Origin: Amoebidium appalachense
Taxonomy: Eukaryota > Protista > Ichthyosporea
Reading direction: 5' to 3'
Length of the DNA stretch: 64,000 bases
Assembly: GCA_963693365.1 (NCBI GenBank)
Contig: CAVNZM010000013.1
Span: forward strand, 2,381,817 to 2,445,816
Shown here: positions 57,658 through 64,000 of the stretch, piece after piece
Layout of the letters: the number at the start of each line of letters is the position of its first letter
Position numbering within the stretch: position 1 is the first letter of the stretch
The notes under the pieces: generated by a model
Seen by the model: only the letters and a program-made list of their open reading frames with translations
What the model was told of the DNA's origin: nothing
The model's database searches: none
Program-made: the position numbers and the translations under genes

Positions 57658-58597
57658 ATGCCGCCGAAAAAAGCGCCAGGCCTCAGCCGCCGCCCCTGCC
57701 GCGGCACCTAAGCGCCTGACCCGCAGCGACCTCCGCCACAGGCTGACCAACGCTCCCGCGGACACTGACGCGCCTCCAGCGGCCCATACCACCACGGACC
57801 CGGACCCGCCGGCTACTCTCCCCTCCACTCCTGAAGTCCCCCCTCAGGCCCCGCCGTCCCCGCAGATGACTTCTCAAGACGCCGTCCTGGCCGCCCTCAC
57901 CGCCATCAGCACCCAGATGGCTGGCGTCCTGGCTGCTCTCACCAACCGCGACCCTCCCGCGCCCCCCGCCGCGCCCTCCACACCCGGGGAGGTTTCCCCG
58001 GGGCTGCATCTCGGCCCTGACCTTGACCTGCCTGCCCTGCCCGCGCCCCCCATCACAGGTGAGAACACTGGCGACATTCAGCCAGGCACCCTCCCGCTTC
58101 CCCCCGCGGATGTGCTGGCAGATGTCAATCGCCTCAGCACCCGATAGCCGTGGGCCCAGATCCACAACTATGACGTATACGCCCGCACCGTGGCCCACCA
58201 GCACTGGCAGGGTCGGGCTCCGATCGAGTGCCCCAACCTGCTCGCCCAACTCCACCAGGATCTCCTCCTGCCACCCACTCTGCTCATCCAGGACGCATGT
58301 CAGCGCTGTGGCTTCCCCGACCACCCCAGCGCGGCCTGCCCCATGTACCCCAAGCCCGGCTGTGGTCTTGACGGCTTTAAGCCGCCCCACAAGCCCGGCG
58401 GGGGTCACACCCCTAACCGCCCTGGCCCGCAACCCGGCCCGGCAAAACCAGCCCGACCCGTGGATCTACCCGCGACGCACTGCAGGAATTTCCACATTAA
58501 CGGTCGGTCCTGCGCTAAGCAGCCCTGCCCCTTCTCCCACGTGTGCCCGCTCTGCTCTGGCACACACCCCCGCAAAGACTGCAAGCACAATGCCTAG
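57658..58597 (+). pseudogene. Ngaro gag-like ORF1 with CCHC and CCCH zinc fingers (frameshifted, with a stop)
   Basis: MPPKK start; CQRCGFPDHPSAAC and CRNFHINGRSCAKQPCPFSHVCPLCSGTHPRKDC. Confidence 0.8.
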
Positions 58598-58989
58598 TCT
58601 ACGCGCACACCCACACACACAGCTAGAACATAGGGGTTAGGAGCTAGGACACACGAGTACAGGGAAACGGAGCTCGGGAGAACGGGCCAATAGGGCTGAG
58701 TACAAAATTTCGCAGGCCAACTACGGCGCCCGCGCGCGTCAAGAATAAATGTCCCTATACAAAGACGTTTATTCTGGCCACTGCACATAATTTTACTCCC
58801 CCCCCCCATCCCACGAGCCTCCCCCCCCCTTACACTCACCTAGCACTCCCTCCCCCCCCCCTTCTTCTACCGCTGTGTCCGCCCACACCCCCGCGTGCTC
58901 GGGCACATTCCCCTGCACAGGGCCCCGCTGCCCTCCCTGCCAACCCTCACTTGGGCCCAGCTGCCCTACTCTAACCCCCCGGGGCCCTG

Positions 58990-59034
<45 letters not shown>

Positions 59035-59099
59035 CTGCCGGGATCTCCCCAAGGGTACACCACCCTTGCTAACCACCCCTTCCCCCGAGGCTCAGACCC

Positions 59100-60720
59100 G
59101 GAGGCCCGCCCGCTGCCCCAGCACCACATTGACACCTCCCGCCTCCGGGAACTGCTGGCCTCCTACCCGGACCAACCATTCGCCGCACAACTCCTCCACG
59201 ATGTCGAATTCGGCGTCGACATCGGCTATCGCGGCCCCTCCACCTCTCGGGTGGGCCCCAACCTACCCACCACCCCGGAGGCAGCTGCCGCTATCACGGT
59301 GGATATTGCCAAAGAAGTCGCCCTCGGCCACCTGCGCGGCCCCCTCTCCCCGGCCCAATTCTTTGACGAATTTCCCGTCCACCGTTCCTCCCCCATCGGC
59401 GCCGTTACCAAGAAGGGAACCCCCCCAAGTACCGTCGAATCCACCACCTCTCCTGGCCCCGGGGTAGCAGTGTCAATGACAGCATCACCTACCCCGACGA
59501 ACTTCAGTACATTCGCGCCCGGGATGTCACCCAACTCATTCTCGACGCAGGCCCCGGCTGCTACATGGCCGTGGCAGATGTGCAGGCTGCCTTCCGGCAC
59601 ATGCCCATCCGACCGGAAGACCACCACTTAATGGCATTCAAATGGCAAGGGCATTTTTACGTTGAAACCAGACTGCCCTTCGGCCTGAAATCTAGCCCAG
59701 CCATCTGGGAACGGATCGCGGCCACCCTACAGTGGCTGGCACACCAGCACGGTATTACCCTCATCCGCCACTACGTAGACGACTGGATTATAGTCGCCCC
59801 CACACAACAGCAGTGCCAACGTCACCTATCCACCTTCCTGCAACTCTGCCGAGAGCTGCACATTGCCATCTCCGAAGACAAGATGCAGGGCCCGGCTACC
59901 CGTGTCGTCTTCATCGGTATCGAATTCGACTCCATCGCCATGGAGGCACGAATCCCGGCTTCCAAGCTCTCGGACCTACTCGACCTCACTTCCCACCCAA
60001 AGCCCACCATCACCATTCGGGACCTCCAGTCCCTCCTCGGCAAACTCACCTGGTGTGCCCAGCTGGTTCCCCCCGGGAGGGCCTTCTCCCAGCACCTATG
60101 GGCCCTTCTCCGGACCCACCCACACCTTGCCGGCCACCACCACATACGACTGACTGCTGCCGCCCGGGCCGACATAGCCGAATGGCACCAGTTCCTCACA
60201 TCATGGAATGGGGTGCACCTCATCACACCCCCCACATACACCACCCTGGCCACTGATGCTGCCGGATCGGTGGGTCTAGGTGGCCACTGGCTCGACCAAT
60301 GGTTCTTCATGCCCTGGTCCCCCTCCACCCAAGCCCTCTATGCTCATGAGGGTAAACTCGGTTCTTCCGTCATCGAACTCCTGGCCATCGCAGCCGCCGT
60401 GGCCCTCTGGGCCCCCTCCTGGTCCACCCACCATGTCCGTATTTTATGCGACAACACGGGTGCTGTGTCTGACCTGCACTCCCGGTCTTCCCCCCACCCC
60501 GTGATGGCCAAACTTATTCGGTTCATCACCCGCATGGAAATGCAATACCAATTTACGTTACAGGCATCCTACCTACCAGGACCCCTCAACCATCTGGCCG
60601 ATGCCATTTCTCGTAACCAACTTCCCCGGGCCCGACGACTCCGACCTTCCCTGCAACCGGAGCCCTGCCCCTTCCCCTCCTGGGTCCACGAGTTCCTATC
60701 CCTTCCCTTGGGGCTAGCCC
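59100..60720 (+). CDS. Ngaro reverse transcriptase - RNase H (frameshifts in the 5' part)
   Basis: SPIGAVTKK, ADVQAAFRHMPI, LPFGLKSSP, YVDDW, FIGIEFD, LLGKL; RNase H motifs TDAAG, IELLAI, CDN, NHLADAISR. Confidence 0.9.
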
Positions 60721-60774
60721 CCCCCCCCCCCCCCCCCCCCCCCAGATCTCCCGTTCCGGAGCAACACTGGCAGA

Positions 60775-61810
60775 TTGGCCCCCCACTTTGCTCCGGCCGA
60801 GCTGCTTCGAGCCACCACTACCCTGCAGGAATGCCAGGCCCTGAGTCTCAACCTCGACTCTCGGGCCTTTTACTCCCGGGTGCAAAAAGTGTTCATCGAT
60901 TTCTGTGTGGCATCTCGGCTGCAATCCTCCTCCGGGTCCTCCCTCCCGGCCTCCCCACACACCGTGCAACTTTTTCTCGCCTGGTGTGCCCAACGAGGGG
61001 TACAGGCCTCTTCCTTAACCGGCTACAATTCGGCCATCACCAGGCTCCACCTCGACATGGGCCTCCCTGCTCCCTACCCCCACGACAAGTCTCTGGCCTG
61101 GTTCCTACGGGGGGTAGGCCGATGGCAGCTTTCTCACAACATCCGACCCCGCTCATCCACCAGGGAACCCCTCCTCCCCTCCCACCTCCGCCTACTCCAT
61201 GGCCAGTGCCCCACCAAGGCCTCCTCGGCCAATCTCCGGCTATGGACGGCCCTCATCGTCGGTTTCTGTGGTCTCCTCCGTTCAGGGGAATTTACCTCCA
61301 AGACCTCAGTGACTTCTTTCGACCCGTCCCGTCACGTTAAACGGAAGGACGTGACCTTCAGCTACACCCCCACCGGTACTTTGTCCCATGCCACCCTCCA
61401 CCTGCCAACCTCTAAGACGGATGTACAGGCCCGAGGTGTCGACGTCACCCTAGCTGCCCTGCCCCTCACCCACTTCTCCCCAGCCCATCTCCTCCGGCAG
61501 TTCCTGGATACAACGTCCGGTCAACCCGACGACCCCCTCTTCAGTCTCGGTGGCATCCCCTACACCAAGAGTGCTTTCTCTGCCGATTTCCGTGCCCTCC
61601 TCTCCCGGGCAGGCCTCTCACCCTCCCGGTTTGCCGGACACAGCCTCCGCATCGGGGGGGGCCACAGCACTGGCTGAGGCCGGGGTCGACGACTCCCGGA
61701 TCAAACAACTCGGCCGGTGGTCCTCCGACTGCTTCCTGATCTATACCCGACTTCGTCCGGCCTCCATTGCTGCCACCACCACACGTGTATTCGCCTCTAT
61801 TCTTAAGTGA
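60775..61810 (+). CDS. Ngaro tyrosine recombinase (one frameshift at the G-run ~61656-61661)
   Basis: FCGLLRSGEF, SKTD, GHSLRIGG, then ATALAEAG..IKQLGRWSSDCFLIY; the R-K-H-R-W-Y catalytic set is complete. Confidence 0.92.
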
Positions 61811-64000
61811 AACCTTTGGAGCAAGCATACTGCTCTCGTGCCGTGGTTTACAACCATTGCAGGTTCACTTTCGTCCAAGGGGATGTCCCCCTAGAGGCAA
61901 CACACGTCCCGGAGTAGTTTTCATAGAGGTTTTATTTGTGGAAATTATTGACATAAATATTTTTCTGGGTAAACACGTAGGATGGGTGTTCGATACCAAC
62001 ATAACCATGTAGGCTTCATTTCGTGTTTTAGCAGTTAGCGGTTGGCTGCCCGCACACGGGCACCTATTAGCCAGTCAAAACATCAGATACCACAGATCAC
62101 TAGACCGAGTTATGATTGGCTCGGATCAGATTTCACATATCACTAGATCGATTTTTGATTGGCTCAGATCGGTAGGCTTAGGTATATAAGCACGACAGTT
62201 TTTAGCAGATCAGCAAGCTACAAACACATCTTCTGTGTTTAGCATCCACAGCCTTACAGCTATATATTCCTTTTCACCCACCCACCTACACCCACACACA
62301 ACCCCCATTGATCCACACATACGTGCTGTTTTTTCACGGGGCGAAGACTTCCCCCGTTTTTTGGGCACATGGACCTCACGGATCAATAAATTGATGACTG
62401 GGGGCTTGCCGTGGTTTACAACCATTGCAGGTTCACTTTCGTCCAAGGGGATGTCCCCCTAGAGGCAACACACGTCCCGGAGTAGTTTTCATAGAGAAGG
62501 TTAAATTTAACGATGTCAAAAAGTGTGCCCTTTTATCAAAAGCTTATCAAAATCGATACCGGCATGGGACGACGTTTGTATTTTTTCGGCAGTCCCCTCC
62601 CTCGCCCAATCGAATACAAGTATTTGGGGATTCCGGTGGACGAATGGGGCATATATATGTTTCAAACGGATGATCGACCGTCGGGTGGAGAGTGCAGGCA
62701 GGTGTCTTCGGTTATTTAGGGATGTGTATCTTGCTACTCTTTCTCATACTGTCCACCTATACAATCGTCTTAGTATATTTCGCAAAATTTTCGCCCTTTG
62801 TCTGAATACGGGTTGCCCTTACTAGCTATGGCACCCCCTGATACTGAACATGTTACTAATGTCCTCAAATCAATAGATGATTTCCACTACACAACTTGTT
62901 GTATGTTTCTCACTGGTCTTTCCACACCTATCCCTAGACGCCTTTTTGGTTCTCTCTACGCACTCACACCACCATCACAACGCGTACACGAATTAGCCCT
63001 TAAATTTCACGAGCACATCACCCGCCTGTCCGCTTGTGCCCCGGACCACCCGCTCTTCCGGCTGCACGCATCCCCGCCGGACTCACCCCTCTATCATACC
63101 TCTTCCCTTCCCCATCGTCTCTGCCCATTGCCGAGCGTTATGTGGAAAGGCTGGCGACCCAACCGGAGGTACGGCTAGATCATAGTGTGAATATGAATAG
63201 TTTCAAGTCTATGGCTGATAGATATCTTTTTACTCTACTACGTGTTGAGTCCCTTCCGGTGTTAGGACCGCAAAAACACCAACTACTAGTAGCCTATATG
63301 GCGGATACGGTTAGAGAGTCTCGTTCATACATAGATTCGTTTATTCGTAATGTGGTGCGCACCATGTGGTGTAAAAACGCAAAGATGATTATGGATTGGC
63401 GGTGTACGTAATCGGTTTCTGGTGTCTCCTGCTCGTATGTGTAATATGTGTGGGGGGCGGTTTACTCGCGGCTGCATATCTATCAATAAGTGCAACCTGT
63501 TAGCTAACGTATTAGAACCGGAGGTTATTGGCGGTTTTATTCTCTTTTCTTCCTCTCTCTCTTCCTCAATATATCCGTTTTAAGATGACTCTCCTAGATC
63601 ACCTTATTAATGCTGCACAGTATGATATTGTGATCCGGTGCCTTAACTTTCTTTCGGAGCACCGATGCTAGCCTCTGCTTACCCATAATATGTAATAGGG
63701 GTGTCATATACTACGAGGCGCTCATTGTTGCCTAGCATGTACATATGTCACTGGCTGCATTTGATTGGCTGTGCTGGAAAACGCAGTAGGCCGTCGAATG
63801 TGGCTGGGCCTCCGGCAGTGTCCACGCAATAAAAAGTGTGTAAACCCCTCAGTGGTAACTCCTCCGGCCGGCTGGGCCCCGGGCGGGCATTGCGCCCCCC
63901 CCTTCCCATCCACCTGTCTCCTATTTTTTTGTATGATTCTCGAACTCCGCCCCAAGCCCCCCTCCCCCCATCAAGTCACTCCTATGTCCGGCCTCAGGGC

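Larger units (their letters stand above)
57273..62498 (+). mobile_element. Ngaro-type (DIRS order) tyrosine-recombinase retrotransposon, essentially complete
   Basis: Split direct repeats A1 57273-57627, B1 61839-61928, A2 61928-62276, B2 62407-62496. Encodes gag, RT, RNase H and YR, with no methyltransferase domain seen. No TSD; GGTT occurs at both ends and at the B1/A2 junction. Confidence 0.95.
50665..63670 (+). mobile_element. Old degenerate LINE (ORF2 RT and C-terminus) in three pieces: 50665-51024, 56982-57272, 62499-63670
   Basis: Pieces read VPSEW..VFPIKK..FRPITLTSVFRRLFE..QAAFR..SCYAQILTLH, then VANGH..PTRRG..LFFANDIVL..HWCQRNDM, then YKYLGIPVD..EYGLPLL..CNMCGGRFTRGC. They are colinear with the younger LINE ORF2 and carry many frameshifts. 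Confidence 0.85.

Overview
Eukaryotic nuclear DNA, rich in introns and saturated with (CA)n/(TG)n, poly-C/poly-G and (CT)n. Almost all short ORFs in the track are microsatellite artefacts. The gene and transposon content would fit a unicellular opisthokont such as an ichthyosporean, but this is unverified inference. Genes rebuilt by hand from splice sites and reading phase: the 3' part of an 8-exon RNI-like/FBXL-type LRR gene (1-8008); a CDV3 homolog (13538-19440); an intronless bacterial-type Dph6/MJ0570-like ATP pyrophosphatase (23739-24443, HGT candidate); an 8-exon type II membrane protein with a Pmp-like GGA(I)/FxxN beta-helix (26121-32809); an intronless 8-TM class-C-GPCR-like protein (42527-43852); and a spliced BEN-domain gene (46882-49447) lying between imperfect 56-bp inverted repeats. 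Two nested transposon stacks dominate the right half. In the first, a tRNA-derived SINE is split by an RT-less tyrosine-recombinase element with split direct repeats, and a second SINE copy sits inside that element (34.8-39.4 kb). In the second, an old LINE is split by a Harbinger-type MITE that contains a full-length younger LINE, and by a nearly intact Ngaro-type YR retrotransposon (50.7-63.7 kb). The most promising leads are the RT-less gag+YR element with a 17-bp B repeat, the BEN gene between inverted repeats, the bacterial-type Dph6-like gene, and an intron architecture in which microsatellites form the splice sites.
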